Assembly: GCA_903859075.1 (NCBI GenBank)
Contig: CAIOLF010000024.1
Span: forward strand, 5,048 to 69,047
From: Candidatus Buchananbacteria bacterium
Lineage (GTDB): Bacteria; Patescibacteriota; Patescibacteriia; 2-01-FULL-39-33
DNA length: 64,000 bases
Reading direction: 5' to 3'
Shown: positions 63,611 to 64,000 of the stretch, piece by piece
How the letters are laid out: each line of letters starts with the position of its first letter
How positions within the stretch are numbered: position 1 is the stretch's first letter
The notes under the pieces: generated by a model
What the model was told of the DNA's origin: nothing
Seen by the model: only the letters and a program-made list of their open reading frames with translations
Databases searched by the model: none
Made by a program: the position numbers and the translations under genes

Positions 63611-64000
63611 ATGCATATCACTGAACGCTTTTCCAACAACTTCAAAAATTCCCTCAAGGCCGGGGCGGATCTCGCGCTGGAGCTGGGCCATGCCCGAATC
63701 GAGCCGGAGCACATACTCTATGGACTGGCCAGCCAAAAAGGCAGCGTCGGCGCCCAGCTGCTCGCCGCTCTAGCCAAAAAATCCTCTGACGTCAAAGACT
63801 TTATCAGCAAGAACCAAACGCCAATAAACAGTAGCATCCTGCCTGACTTCTCTCCCTCAGCTAGACAATTGATCCAAAAAGCGATTAAAATCGCCTACCT
63901 GAATAATCATCGTTATGTCGGCACGGAACATCTTTTAGCGGCGCTTATGGAAACAAACGATGACCGCCTGAAAAGTATTTTCCGCCTGGCCGAAATTCAA
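63611..64000 (+). CDS. Clp ATPase (ClpC/ClpB) N-terminal repeat domain, truncated by window end
   Basis: Hand translation MHITERFS...GHARIEPEHILYGL...NHRYVGTEHLLAAL. Confidence 0.8.
   Translation, partial: MHITERFSNNFKNSLKAGADLALELGHARIEPEHILYGLASQKGSVGAQLLAALAKKSSDVKDFISKNQTPINSSILPDFSPSARQLIQKAIKIAYLNNHRYVGTEHLLAALMETNDDRLKSIFRLAEIQ

Overview
Bacterial chromosomal segment most consistent with a CPR/Patescibacteria (Parcubacteria-like) genome, judged from the short HrcA, DUF4012-type protein, two MreB paralogues, type IV pilus cluster and AT-rich intergenic repeats. Bases 1-11.4 kb are an accessory island: GT4 / radical SAM / GT4, a TIM-barrel isomerase, NUDIX, HAD, a xylose-isomerase-like gene, a cupin and a tandem-repeat protein. 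The rest is mostly housekeeping: dnaG-rpoD, gatCA, hrcA-grpE-dnaK-[2-hydroxyacyl-CoA dehydratase cassette]-dnaJ with a CIRCE, gyrB, greA, mreBCD-mrdA, proS, rseP, frr, holB, ligA, pil genes, lemA, the start of a Clp ATPase, tRNA-Ser(GGA) and tRNA-Glu(CTC). The main discovery is a diversity-generating retroelement (DGR) at about 30.25-32.97 kb. It has a target gene with VR (32174-32296), a TR (31794-31916; 23 of 24 TR/VR mismatches are at TR adenines), an Avd gene missed by the ORF track that lies on the opposite strand between TR and RT, and an RT. As written, both the RT and Avd reading frames need a +1 shift at homopolymer tracts (T7/C5 in RT, C9 in avd), suggesting an ON/OFF-switchable or recoded DGR; a sequencing error or inactivation is not excluded. 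Small palindromic and short-period repeat elements are inserted in RT, dnaK and ligA, and a structured element duplicates the tRNA-Glu 3' end. All calls come from reading the sequence; no database searches were run.
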